Part shown: positions 52,130-60,487 of the stretch, in pieces
How the letters are laid out: each line of letters opens with the position of its first letter
How positions within the stretch are numbered: the stretch's first letter is position 1
DNA from: a virus
Direction: 5' to 3' (one strand)
Length of the DNA: 64,000 bases
IMG/VR virus record: IMGVR_UViG_3300045988_135886
Translations under genes and position numbers: made by a program
Notes under the pieces: model-generated
The model's database searches: none
What the model was told of the DNA's origin: nothing
The model's input: only the letters and a program-made list of their open reading frames with translations

Positions 52130-52621
52130 TTAGCCGTTAGATTTTCCATCATCTCTTACTTCCAGGTTCTTTAAATCTTCAATACTCCAGGGTTCTTCAT
52201 CTTCCCATTTGATGAAGTCAAATATATTACCATACATATCTCTTGATACATAAAAACAATTACTATTATCAGTTATCCAAGATTCTTTCATAGAATTACG
52301 TCTTGGTTTATTATAGTAAATATAAAGATTATTATTGATATTATCTCTTGCAATATATTTACAATTAGGCAGAAGGGCATCAAGGAAGTTCTTTTCTCTT
52401 AATGTAATTGTATGTTTTTTCTCTACATATTCTGATTCAGCCCATCGCATAAGTGCTTCATCATCACAATGACTTCCATAATCATCGGTTTTATAAAATA
52501 AACATTGTCCACATTTAATATCGTCACAACAAACAACTTTATTATCTTTTGTTACTGCAATTATATTACCTTTACAAGCAATATCTAAAATTTCTTTAGC
52601 AAATTTTTCTCTATTTTTCAT
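52130..52621 (-). CDS. Hypothetical Cys-containing protein
   Basis: 163 aa, SD GAGGTGA. Confidence 0.55.
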   Translation of the reverse strand: MKNREKFAKEILDIACKGNIIAVTKDNKVVCCDDIKCGQCLFYKTDDYGSHCDDEALMRWAESEYVEKKHTITLREKNFLDALLPNCKYIARDNINNNLYIYYNKPRRNSMKESWITDNSNCFYVSRDMYGNIFDFIKWEDEEPWSIEDLKNLEVRDDGKSNG

Positions 52622-52630
52622 AAAATCACC

Positions 52631-53044
52631 TCAATAAAAAATTTCTTTAACTCTTCCCCAAAACATAATTGAATTATCAATATCTATGCCCCATTGTTCC
52701 TCATGTGAAGAACATGTGCTCTCATACTCATACACCGGGAAACCAACTGTAACATCTTCTACCTCAATAACTTTTCCTACTGATGTAGGCCCTTTATCTT
52801 CCTGATGGTAGTAAACTATTCCAGTGAGGAATTCTATTACTGTTTCTTTATACTTTGGATTGCACCAGACATATACCCTATTTCCTGAATCATTCTCTAT
52901 TCTCCAGATAACATCTTTGTACTCTCTTGCGTTGTTGCATAGTCTTAGCCATGCCATAGCATAACTTTCTGTTGTAGGTGCTGTAAAATCGGCTGTAATC
53001 ATTACAGCCTTTTTCCGCTCAATAGATAATTTCTCTTTTAACAT
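52631..53044 (-). CDS. Hypothetical protein
   Basis: ATG 53044 behind AGAGGGA; track extension rejected. Confidence 0.55.
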   Translation of the reverse strand: MLKEKLSIERKKAVMITADFTAPTTESYAMAWLRLCNNAREYKDVIWRIENDSGNRVYVWCNPKYKETVIEFLTGIVYYHQEDKGPTSVGKVIEVEDVTVGFPVYEYESTCSSHEEQWGIDIDNSIMFWGRVKEIFY

Positions 53045-53313
53045 AGTTGTCCCTCTTTTCTTTTCAATATCATATTTCTTAATGCACCAACTATTTCTTT
53101 GCACTGGTAATCACGATTATAAAAATAAGCGGAAGAATTATAATATACTTTACACTCTTCATTAAAGCGTAATCTTGTTGGGAAATCACAAAATATATTG
53201 GTTAAAGCAGTTCCATCCGCCCATGTGTAACCTTGCTTTTTAGCTTCTTTGATTAACGCTATATATTCTGCTTTATTATTCACCAAAACAGTGCACTTTT
53301 TTAAATTTATCAT
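53038..53313 (-). CDS. Second-type small paralog carrying the same C-terminal tail (array B)
   Basis: CTVLVNNKAEYIALIKEAKKQGYTWADG...FPTRLRF...LRNMILKRKEGQLC. Confidence 0.6.
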   Translation of the reverse strand: MINLKKCTVLVNNKAEYIALIKEAKKQGYTWADGTALTNIFCDFPTRLRFNEECKVYYNSSAYFYNRDYQCKEIVGALRNMILKRKEGQLC

Positions 53314-53584
53314 TAGCCATTTCCTTTCTAATCATTATGAGCCTTCGCACTCCTTCAATTAAAACCATGCATTTAGGATAATCTCGTGCACGTCTTCCAC
53401 GAATAGAACCATAATATGTATAATAATTTTCTCTAAATTCTAGCCTCGTTGGAAACCTGCAGAAAACTTTATTTAAAGAATCCCCAGATGCCCATGTAAA
53501 TCCTTGCTTCATAGCAATTTTAGTTATAGCCGAATATTCTTTTATATTGTTGACCAATACAGTAGAATCTCTAAGATCAATCAT
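53276..53584 (-). CDS. Second-type small paralog carrying the same tail (array B)
   Basis: ATG 53584 (MIDLRDSTVLVNNIKEYSAITKIAMKQGFTWASG...FPTRLEF...VRRLIMIRKEMAND...); 38-nt overlap with the next gene. Confidence 0.6.
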   Translation of the reverse strand: MIDLRDSTVLVNNIKEYSAITKIAMKQGFTWASGDSLNKVFCRFPTRLEFRENYYTYYGSIRGRRARDYPKCMVLIEGVRRLIMIRKEMANDKFKKVHCFGE

Positions 53585-53721
53585 TTCCACCCCCAACCTT
53601 TCCAGACGAGCATTTTCTTCAAATTTTTACATTTGATGAAGCTTGGTGTATACTCTTTTGTCTCTTCACAATAGCCGAACCATCTGCCTGATATATCTTG
53701 ATGAAGTTCATATATTTTCAT
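53581..53721 (-). CDS. Small ORF (46 aa)
   Basis: Not in the track. ATGA overlaps at both ends. MKIYELHQDISGRWFGYCEETKEYTPSFIKCKNLKKMLVWKGWGWK. Confidence 0.45.
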   Translation of the reverse strand: MKIYELHQDISGRWFGYCEETKEYTPSFIKCKNLKKMLVWKGWGWK

Positions 53722-53996
53722 GAGGTCGCCTCCCTTGTCATTACTAAATATCTCAAACTATTTGCCGGAAGTAACATTGCATTGTTAAAATACCATGATA
53801 CTTCTTCATCATCTATTGATAAGAAATATTCATCTAATACAAGATCTGTAATTTTAGTTACTACACAAATTTTTCCACAAAGTTTATACATGTGGCTGTT
53901 AAAAAATAATCTTCCCATTGAATTTTCATAATGGTAATACCACCCGCTAACTAAATTTTTTCTAATCACTACTCTGTCTCCGACTTTATATCTCAT
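53718..53996 (-). CDS. Small beta-barrel-like paralog with tail (array B)
   Basis: MRYKVGDRVVIRKNL...MYKLCGKICVV...LRYLVMTREATS. Confidence 0.65.
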   Translation of the reverse strand: MRYKVGDRVVIRKNLVSGWYYHYENSMGRLFFNSHMYKLCGKICVVTKITDLVLDEYFLSIDDEEVSWYFNNAMLLPANSLRYLVMTREATS

Positions 53997-54219
53997 GATT
54001 TTCCTTTCTAATTTCTACAAGTCTACTTAAATTTCCTACTGGAATAAGTGATGATCTGTACCAGTATCCTTCTGGAGTACCAGATAGATAGTAACCTGTA
54101 TAACTTATTCTATTGATTCTATAAACTTTTCCGAGATACTTCACCCCTATCTCATGAACTGCTAGGTTACGTTTTACACGAACCCAATCTCCAACTTTTA
54201 ATTCTTTTTTCTCTTGCAT
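53986..54219 (-). CDS. Small beta-barrel-like paralog with tail (array B)
   Basis: ATG 54219 behind GGGGGA; MQEKKELKVGDWVRVKRNL...LSRLVEIRKENHEI. Confidence 0.65.
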   Translation of the reverse strand: MQEKKELKVGDWVRVKRNLAVHEIGVKYLGKVYRINRISYTGYYLSGTPEGYWYRSSLIPVGNLSRLVEIRKENHEI

Positions 54220-54491
54220 ATAAGTCCCCCTAAACACTGAACAGGTTCTAACATTATGTCACTGAAAACCCACTCGCATGTTTCATCTCCTAGTGCTAGT
54301 CTATAGTTAACATAGCCAGGATAAAATGATGAAACTTTATCTATGATTTTATATGCATGGCCACAGAATTTTTGCATGGCAATGTTAAAAAACAAATATT
54401 CATTATCACTACCATCATAATAATATCTTGTATTACCTTTCAAATTACTTCTAACTCTTACTATGTCTCCTATTTTATATTTCTCTTGCAT
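54198..54491 (-). CDS. Small beta-barrel-like paralog with tail (array B)
   Basis: MQEKYKIGDIVRVRSNL...MQKFCGHAYKI...LGGLICKRKKN. Confidence 0.65.
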   Translation of the reverse strand: MQEKYKIGDIVRVRSNLKGNTRYYYDGSDNEYLFFNIAMQKFCGHAYKIIDKVSSFYPGYVNYRLALGDETCEWVFSDIMLEPVQCLGGLICKRKKN

Positions 54492-54751
54492 ATCAAGCTC
54501 CTTAACCCATCAACAAGTATCAACATTGCATCGTTGAACACCCACTTAGATTCCTCTTCTCCTAGAGATAAACTATAAGTTTCACACCCATAATCATCTA
54601 AAGATGCTACTATCTCGTACTCCTCTCCACGGAATTTTTCCATTGCTGAAGCAAAATATAACTTTCTGCGTGCCGGATTCGAATAAGGATATTCTAACCC
54701 ACCAACTAAATCTGTCCGGACCATGACTCTATCTCCAACTTTATATTTCAT
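54470..54751 (-). CDS. Small beta-barrel-like paralog with tail (array B)
   Basis: ATG 54751 behind AGGAGGAAAC; MKYKVGDRVMVRTDL...MEKFRGEEYEI...LRSLICKRNIK. Confidence 0.65.
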   Translation of the reverse strand: MKYKVGDRVMVRTDLVGGLEYPYSNPARRKLYFASAMEKFRGEEYEIVASLDDYGCETYSLSLGEEESKWVFNDAMLILVDGLRSLICKRNIK

Positions 54752-54986
54752 GTTTCCTCCTCTTATCAATTAGTACAGTTAGTCCTTTGTAAGGAATGAA
54801 TTCCTCTGCTGGAAACCAATAATCACTAGCTTCTTCTAACTCATAAGCTTTTCTTTCAAAAGTTTTAGAAGTTAGTTCTATAATTGATTTTATGGTACAT
54901 ATATTTCCTAATAAATAATTTATATCTACGCCCCATAGAATACGAGGAGTATTAGATCTAAAAATTACTTTATCTCCTCTCTTCAT
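54741..54986 (-). CDS. Small beta-barrel-like paralog with tail (array B)
   Basis: ATG 54986; MKRGDKVIFRSN...LTVLIDKRRKHEI. Confidence 0.6.
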   Translation of the reverse strand: MKRGDKVIFRSNTPRILWGVDINYLLGNICTIKSIIELTSKTFERKAYELEEASDYWFPAEEFIPYKGLTVLIDKRRKHEI

Positions 54987-55212
54987 ATTGCCTTCTTTCA
55001 TGGATAGCTAAAAATAAAGTACCTTCTGCAGGAATAAACATATCCAACTTAAAAATATATCCTGATTCTTTAACACAACAATAAGCCTCAAAACCTCTAG
55101 GGTTATTTATGGATATTATAGTCATAATTTTTCCTTTAACTTCTTCCACAGGAATACACCATATGCATCCATGCAATCTAGGATCAACTATTACTTTATC
55201 TCCAACTTTCAT
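54970..55212 (-). CDS. Small beta-barrel-like paralog with tail (array B)
   Basis: ATG 55212 behind GGAGGAA; MKVGDKVIVDPRL...LFLAIHERRQYEERR. Confidence 0.6.
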   Translation of the reverse strand: MKVGDKVIVDPRLHGCIWCIPVEEVKGKIMTIISINNPRGFEAYCCVKESGYIFKLDMFIPAEGTLFLAIHERRQYEERR

Positions 55213-55213
55213 C

Positions 55214-55369
55214 TTATTCCTCCAATATAAAATCAAGTACTTCTACAATACCCATACCTGATATATCTAATAGTTTCATTTCCTTTGAAGCATACTGTAC
55301 AATACAAATCCCGTCCTTGATTGTGCAGCTTATTATGCTTCTCTTTTTTAATAACTTATCTAATTCCAT
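55214..55369 (-). CDS. Small ORF (51 aa)
   Basis: Not in the track. SD AAGGAGC, ATG 55369. MELDKLLKKRSIISCTIKDGICIVQYASKEMKLLDISGMGIVEVLDFILEE. The stop lies 1 nt before the next ATG. Confidence 0.5.
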   Translation of the reverse strand: MELDKLLKKRSIISCTIKDGICIVQYASKEMKLLDISGMGIVEVLDFILEE

Positions 55370-55388
55370 AATAGCTCCTTGATAATTC

Positions 55389-55413
55389 TCTTGGGGAGTC
55401 GAACCCCAAGAGA
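55389..55413 (-). other. Perfect 9-bp hairpin with a tRNA T-loop sequence (tRNA-like minihelix / 3' end structure)
   Basis: Minus strand CTCTTGGGG-TTCGACT-CCCCAAGAG, 17 nt after the stop of 55431..55955, with no U-tract. Confidence 0.5.
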
Positions 55414-55430
55414 ACTGTTTATTTTATTGT

Positions 55431-55955
55431 TTACTCAGCATCTGGAAGATAGAACTTTTTGATTCTATCCTCTCCTACAGCTTCGACAGCAGCCATTGCT
55501 ACCTCATGAGAGCTGAAGTAAATACCATCTGTAATTTTTCTTCTGCTCCATGTGGAATCAACTTTCTCTGTCTCTCTGTTCCAGCAGAGTTTGTATTTTC
55601 TCTGAGAGTGATCATCCCAATCAATCTCATCGTTGTGATCAATAGCGAAGCGTTTAAGCTCTGCTACAATCATCAGATACTCAGCAGCTGCGTCTCTCTC
55701 TTCCTCAGTCTTGAAGCAGTTACCTACTGCAAGTCTCATTACATCTTTCTGGTTCTCTGCTGTGAATACTCCACCGTCTTTCTTTCCTGTACCCCACAGA
55801 TAGAAGTACTGCTCACCTTCTGTTGGCTCCCAATGTTTCTGTACTGTCTCTGGTGCATCAACCATTCCCTGAAGTGCTCCGATGAGTTCTTTAAGCTCGT
55901 CCTGTCCAAGTGCTGCCATAATTTTTGTAATAATAGTTGTGTTCATCATAATCAT
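55431..55955 (-). CDS. Hypothetical protein in its own transcription unit
   Basis: 174 aa, SD AGGAGA, visibly GC-richer codons, internal duplication around GNCFKTEEERDAAAEY / YFSSHEVAMAAVEAV. Confidence 0.6.
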   Translation of the reverse strand: MIMMNTTIITKIMAALGQDELKELIGALQGMVDAPETVQKHWEPTEGEQYFYLWGTGKKDGGVFTAENQKDVMRLAVGNCFKTEEERDAAAEYLMIVAELKRFAIDHNDEIDWDDHSQRKYKLCWNRETEKVDSTWSRRKITDGIYFSSHEVAMAAVEAVGEDRIKKFYLPDAE

Positions 55956-56010
55956 AATCTCCTATTCTTGTTTGAAATTTGTTTTTTGTTGTTTGTTTTA
56001 ATCTTTACCC

Positions 56011-56048
56011 ATATTCAGTTGTAATTTTTCTATATTCAGTTGTAATTT
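56011..56048. repeat. Two 17-bp direct repeats, 21-bp period (operator/iteron-like)
   Basis: atattcagttgtaattt at 56011-56027 and 56032-56048, between a terminator-like hairpin and the A/C-rich leader of 55431..55955. Confidence 0.7.
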
Positions 56049-56050
56049 AT

Positions 56051-56076
56051 ATGAAAACCTCTTAGTGGGCTAGAGG
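56051..56076 (-). terminator. Candidate rho-independent terminator
   Basis: Minus strand CCTCTAG-CCCA-CTAAGAGG (one bulge) followed by TTTTC; 34 nt after the stop of 56110..57081. Confidence 0.45.
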
Positions 56077-56109
56077 TCAATCATATACTTTGGCATAAAC
56101 ATTCCTCCT

Positions 56110-57081
56110 TTACTGTGATTTTATATCAATAATGTCACAAGCAGAATAATACTGATAATGACTTAAAGCCATACCAATTGCTTCCATTTCATTTATTGCG
56201 AGGATTTCACAACAGATTTCATTTCCGCTGTAAGTCTGAAGATAAATATGGAAGAATTTCTTTGCCTTCTCCTCTTTCGAGAATATATAAGTACAATCAT
56301 CTGTATAAGCTGTTGTGTAATCAGTGCTAATAGGTGATGCTTCTTCATCATAAGCTCTCCACCAGTTTCCATAACCACCATAGGCAGCTTCAATGTACTC
56401 AAATGGTTCCTCGCATGGTAAAGCAAGAATCTTTTTCGCTTCTTCAATTGTAGAAAGTAATGCTTCTACATTGATTGTTTCTCTTGTAGTGTGTTCGTCG
56501 AAATAACCAGAAGATAAATTGACTGCTGCTACACCGAGTGCCGGAGCAATTGTTGATATATCACTCACAGAACCCCATGCTGTTTTGAAATAACCAGTAG
56601 ATTCAATGAATTTTTCAAATTCTTGATTATCACAAGAGTAGAATACACAGTCATTGGTCCCTCTTCTATCAATTTCAATGATATAATTTATATCATTGTT
56701 TACTATATAGTCACTTACAGCAAACTTCTCAGCTCCTACGCACCCTTTCTCTTCATCCTCTGTAAACAATACAGAACAATGATACTCTTTAATAATTTGC
56801 AGAATAGCGTAGATGCCACACCGGTCGTCTCCCCCAATCCCTTGAGGAGAAGACATGATTGCTCCAGTGTATTTGATTTTCTGGACACATTCTTCATGTA
56901 CTGTATCCATATGAGCAACTAAGAGCACTGGGAAAGTTCCCTTAGCATAGAGGAATCCATCCTCCGATTTAGGTTCATAACCTGCTGTTTCTAACTTAGC
57001 TTCCAGGTGACTCTTTAAAGTCATCTGTTTCATTCTCAAAATCTCTTCTAATTCTGTAATTTTATATTTATTTTTACTCAT
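56110..57081 (-). CDS. M20/M28-type zinc metallopeptidase-like protein
   Basis: ATG 57081 behind AAGGAGA; VLLVAHMDTVHE, GIGGDDRCG, FTEDEEKGCVGA metal-ligand motifs. Confidence 0.55.
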   Translation of the reverse strand: MSKNKYKITELEEILRMKQMTLKSHLEAKLETAGYEPKSEDGFLYAKGTFPVLLVAHMDTVHEECVQKIKYTGAIMSSPQGIGGDDRCGIYAILQIIKEYHCSVLFTEDEEKGCVGAEKFAVSDYIVNNDINYIIEIDRRGTNDCVFYSCDNQEFEKFIESTGYFKTAWGSVSDISTIAPALGVAAVNLSSGYFDEHTTRETINVEALLSTIEEAKKILALPCEEPFEYIEAAYGGYGNWWRAYDEEASPISTDYTTAYTDDCTYIFSKEEKAKKFFHIYLQTYSGNEICCEILAINEMEAIGMALSHYQYYSACDIIDIKSQ

Positions 57082-58606
57082 CTCCGGTCTCCTTTTCTTT
57101 GCAGTCTGGACAAAGCCCTTTGTCACCATCTTCAATTACATAGAGGCTTCCACACTCTTTACATTCTTTAACTTCTTCGTTAAGGAAATAGTCATCCTCG
57201 CTTTCAACATATGTATAATTTGTTCTTAAGCAGTGATCACATACATACTCATCGGTTGATTCCACCCATGTGACATCATCGTTTCTACATAAATCATCAC
57301 AACAATCACATGTTGTGAAATTTTCATCCCTGCAGTCATTACAGATATGCATATTTAATTCATCATAATAGTTGATATAACTATTGGGCACTCTTTCATC
57401 ACAGCAATCGCAATAAATAGAGCAATTACAGCAATACCAACTTCCGTCGATAAGGTACATCTCATCTTCGTCATAACGATCACCGCAATCACAACATCTA
57501 TGAGATCCACTGTCACCATAGTTATCATGACAATCCTCACAAAGAAGAGTGCTTTCCATATCATGCCAATCCCCACATTTTACACAGTAGATATCATGTC
57601 CAACTGTCATATGCCTATTATCTACTCTTCCCTTGGGAATCATTTTGACAATCTTACTTACTGAGCACTCACTCTGGCACTCATAATCTCTGTAGTGGGT
57701 ACCTTCAGAATTAATAACTGAGCAACAAGCAGAGGTGCCGCCTTTCTTTCTCCAAAGGTTAGGAGCCACCAAACAATCAGCGATGATTTTCTGAAGCTGT
57801 GCTCTAATTGGAGTATACAGTGAGTTTTTGCCATCGTTACATTGAGGGTAGAGTCTTCCCTGTACAAGGATTCCATCTTTATAATGGAATAACTGACGGA
57901 TGATTTTCGGCTCGAACTCTAAGTCATTTCCGTCGTACTCTTTATCTACCTGATAGTAAACCATTGTAGTTCCATCAAGGAGATAACTCATAGTTCCGGA
58001 ACAGTGACAACCTGAGAACCCATTAGGATTGTTTTTATCAAGTGTGTGGCAAGAAGACCAGCTGTTTCCATTGGAGGACAATAGATAATCAACTGGATTA
58101 ACTGACAGGATAGTGTGCCGAACAACGTCAAGAGGATTGATTGCATCTGAATATTTGGCATACCTCTTTTCAAAATCTGAATAGGTATTAGAAGTAATAC
58201 CTATAAGTGTACAGATTTTCTTCACTGCTCTTGAGGTTTTCTGACCTGCTGAAATACCTTTAATATCAGGATAGCATTCTTTAATTAAAGAAGCTGTTCG
58301 TTCGTCCAAAAGCTGTTCTCTGTAATCTCTCAGTGCAAACAAAGCATCTGTGCGTCTTCCCTTGATAATCATCCAATTAATGAAATTATAAATTTTCTCC
58401 TCGTCTGGCTGTCCCTTGATATTCTGATCAAATGCTACATAGCATTTTTCATCATTCCAGTTAGGATGATGTCTTAATAACTCAATCAAAGGGGTTTTGT
58501 TGTCTGCCCATGTGTTGATAATTTTGTCAATGGCTGAATTACCCCAAGGGATATCATACATATTAAGAACCTTAATCATACCCTGTTTCATTGTTTCTTT
58601 ATTCAT
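57074..58606 (-). CDS. Large protein with an extremely Cys-rich C-terminal region (multiple zinc ribbons)
   Basis: 510 aa. The last ~170 aa contain many CxxC/CxC pairs (CVKCGDW...CEDCHDN...CCDCGDRY...CCNCSIYCDCCDE...CNDC...CDCCDDLC...CDHC...CKECG...CPDC). Confidence 0.6.
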   Translation of the reverse strand: MNKETMKQGMIKVLNMYDIPWGNSAIDKIINTWADNKTPLIELLRHHPNWNDEKCYVAFDQNIKGQPDEEKIYNFINWMIIKGRRTDALFALRDYREQLLDERTASLIKECYPDIKGISAGQKTSRAVKKICTLIGITSNTYSDFEKRYAKYSDAINPLDVVRHTILSVNPVDYLLSSNGNSWSSCHTLDKNNPNGFSGCHCSGTMSYLLDGTTMVYYQVDKEYDGNDLEFEPKIIRQLFHYKDGILVQGRLYPQCNDGKNSLYTPIRAQLQKIIADCLVAPNLWRKKGGTSACCSVINSEGTHYRDYECQSECSVSKIVKMIPKGRVDNRHMTVGHDIYCVKCGDWHDMESTLLCEDCHDNYGDSGSHRCCDCGDRYDEDEMYLIDGSWYCCNCSIYCDCCDERVPNSYINYYDELNMHICNDCRDENFTTCDCCDDLCRNDDVTWVESTDEYVCDHCLRTNYTYVESEDDYFLNEEVKECKECGSLYVIEDGDKGLCPDCKEKETGDE

Positions 58607-59262
58607 GCTACAAATCCTCCTAAAATTGTTTCATAGAGATCCTCAGGAATCTGCTCTTTTCCTAAGTACTGTTCAGAGATTTCTCTTGCTCTCTGTACAG
58701 CTAAAGTTCCCTTGTCTTTGATTTTTTCGTAGAATGCTTCAACAGTATTCATTACTTTTGATACTGTCTCGTACTCTGTATACAGCTCTTTGTCGTCTGA
58801 CTGGATCTGTTCAAACACTTCCTGTACTCCATAGGTTACGAAGCATTCTGGACAATAATCATTGACTAAAGATCCGGAAATAATCTTTCCGCAGTGCTTA
58901 CAAATGGAGAGTTTATAATCTCTCTCATCCAGATCTTTATAGTCACCGTTTTCAAACTTGAATACCTCATACTGGTCAAAGATATAAGCTGCTTCGTAGC
59001 TCTTAGCGAGCTCCTCAAACTGAATCAGAACCTCTACAGAATCCTCTTTTTCTTGCGAAAATGTTTTTATTTTCTTGTTTAGAGGTTTCATTTTAAACTT
59101 GCTGTCCTCAATGTAGAGAAACTTTGAGTCAAAGTTCTCTGTGATGTCTTCTCCTAAGACATAGTTTTTGAAGAGGAATCCAAGGACAATATCAATGTCC
59201 TTAGATTCTACCTCTGATGAAGTGATTCTGTTATCTTTATATAAACTAATAAGTGTTGCCAT
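58603..59262 (-). CDS. Hypothetical protein with a zinc ribbon
   Basis: CKHCGK...CPEC; first gene behind the 59292-59341 promoter. Confidence 0.55.
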   Translation of the reverse strand: MATLISLYKDNRITSSEVESKDIDIVLGFLFKNYVLGEDITENFDSKFLYIEDSKFKMKPLNKKIKTFSQEKEDSVEVLIQFEELAKSYEAAYIFDQYEVFKFENGDYKDLDERDYKLSICKHCGKIISGSLVNDYCPECFVTYGVQEVFEQIQSDDKELYTEYETVSKVMNTVEAFYEKIKDKGTLAVQRAREISEQYLGKEQIPEDLYETILGGFVA

Positions 59263-59291
59263 TTGTTTTCTCCTTTCTTAACTGTAACTGC

Positions 59292-59341
59292 ATTATAAAC
59301 CAGTTTGTAAAACTTGTCAATACTTTTTACAAACTTGTTTA
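59292..59341 (-). promoter_or_regulatory. Consensus sigma70 promoter plus 18-nt box (copy 4), with an inverted repeat bracketing the -35 box
   Basis: Minus strand TAAACAAGTTTGTAAAAAGTA-TTGACA(59320-59315)-17 nt-TATAAT(59297-59292). AGTTTGTAAAA and TTTTACAAACT (11 bp) flank the -35. Confidence 0.7.
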
Positions 59342-60181
59342 AGAAATTTTCTTTCCTTTCTCGTTAAACTGTTTTGGTTCACCAAGAGATACAAGATAGT
59401 CCTGCAGGTAGAGAGCAAGACTTAATTCAACTCTTTCTGGATAAGCAGCTATTCCTTTTGCTTTAAGTGTACTTGGCTCAGTTCCTCTCATAATAGGCAA
59501 TACTTTTACTAATCCAATATCTCCGTAGAAGCAATAAATTTTATATAAGTTCCTAATTATCTTGTCACATAATCCATCTCCTGATAAGTTATAACCAGCT
59601 TTACAACAAGTAGATATAATACTTTCATAAGCTATCTTACCTTTTGCTTTAATTATCCTGTAAGCGGATGTGTAACTACCAATAGTTCCTGGTTTTCTTA
59701 CCCCTTTGTCTTCTGCAATGCTTAAATTATATTCATCAACCACTTCCTGCAACGCTACAGCATTCGGTTCACCTAAGATAAGATTTGCCTTATGCATCTG
59801 CAGCGGAGTAACTTTTTCAGTATACAAGCTCTGTCTTGTAAAGATACTTGCTTCGAAATGTCTTCTCTCATCTGGATCAGATGGGGCTGAAGTAATAACA
59901 ACACATTCGAGCTTATCTAAAATACCTTCTGATGCAATAAAACGACCATAGCCATCCACTATGGAAAATGTGCTTTCTTCTGGATGTGGCACCACTAATA
60001 ATGCATCCATAATCATATGATCAAAATTGTCATGCATTGCTTTAATTTTTCTATGATTTCGTGTTTCCAGCCGCTGATAAGCAGGATCGACAGACATCAG
60101 TTCCCTTGGAATTACTGCGCATGCCTTTGTACCAGAGATTAATAAGTTGCTCATAACTGTGTTGTAAACGATGTTTTCCAT
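59339..60181 (-). CDS. ParB N-terminal (ParB/Srx-fold) domain protein
   Basis: MSVDPAYQRLE...FSIVDGYGRFIAS; 280 aa. Confidence 0.6.
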   Translation of the reverse strand: MENIVYNTVMSNLLISGTKACAVIPRELMSVDPAYQRLETRNHRKIKAMHDNFDHMIMDALLVVPHPEESTFSIVDGYGRFIASEGILDKLECVVITSAPSDPDERRHFEASIFTRQSLYTEKVTPLQMHKANLILGEPNAVALQEVVDEYNLSIAEDKGVRKPGTIGSYTSAYRIIKAKGKIAYESIISTCCKAGYNLSGDGLCDKIIRNLYKIYCFYGDIGLVKVLPIMRGTEPSTLKAKGIAAYPERVELSLALYLQDYLVSLGEPKQFNEKGKKIS

Positions 60182-60206
60182 TTTGTTTTCCTCTTTTCTT
60201 TTTTTA

Positions 60207-60237
60207 TATAATAAAAAAGAGCTGTTTTCACAGCTCT
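60207..60237 (-). terminator. Rho-independent terminator
   Basis: Minus strand AGAGCTGT-GAAA-ACAGCTCT followed by TTTTTTATTAT; 17 nt after the stop at 60254. Confidence 0.7.
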
Positions 60238-60253
60238 AATTTTATTTCATAGT

Positions 60254-60487
60254 TTAATAGTTACATTCTACTAAGTTGGTGAGATACTCAATACCATGAC
60301 CACATAAAGCAGTCAGAATTTCATCTAATATGTCAAATTCTCCGTCTGTTTCGCATGATTCAAGAGCTTGAATGATTCCGTAGCCTTTTTCATACTCACT
60401 GGTATTCACAAGTTCCTTAGTTACTGTGTCACCGAGTTTTTCCTCGGCATAATCAACTCTGTAGAGTCTTTCCTTTGCTGTCTTCAT
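60254..60487 (-). CDS. Hypothetical acidic protein
   Basis: 77 aa; SD AAGGAGG lies inside the tail codons of the upstream gene. Confidence 0.55.
   Translation of the reverse strand: MKTAKERLYRVDYAEEKLGDTVTKELVNTSEYEKGYGIIQALESCETDGEFDILDEILTALCGHGIEYLTNLVECNY

Noticed and set aside
55506-56024. 172-aa plus-strand ORF, the longest on that strand
   Set aside because: It is fully antisense to 55431-55955, which has an SD, a leader, an operator-like repeat pair and a 3' hairpin. The plus ORF has no SD, and its sequence is Cys/Leu/Phe-rich noise.
56011-56048. CRISPR array
   Set aside because: There are only two 17-bp repeats with a 4-nt spacer. No other repeat-spacer structure exists in the window, and the heptad array at 28713-28806 has no spacers.
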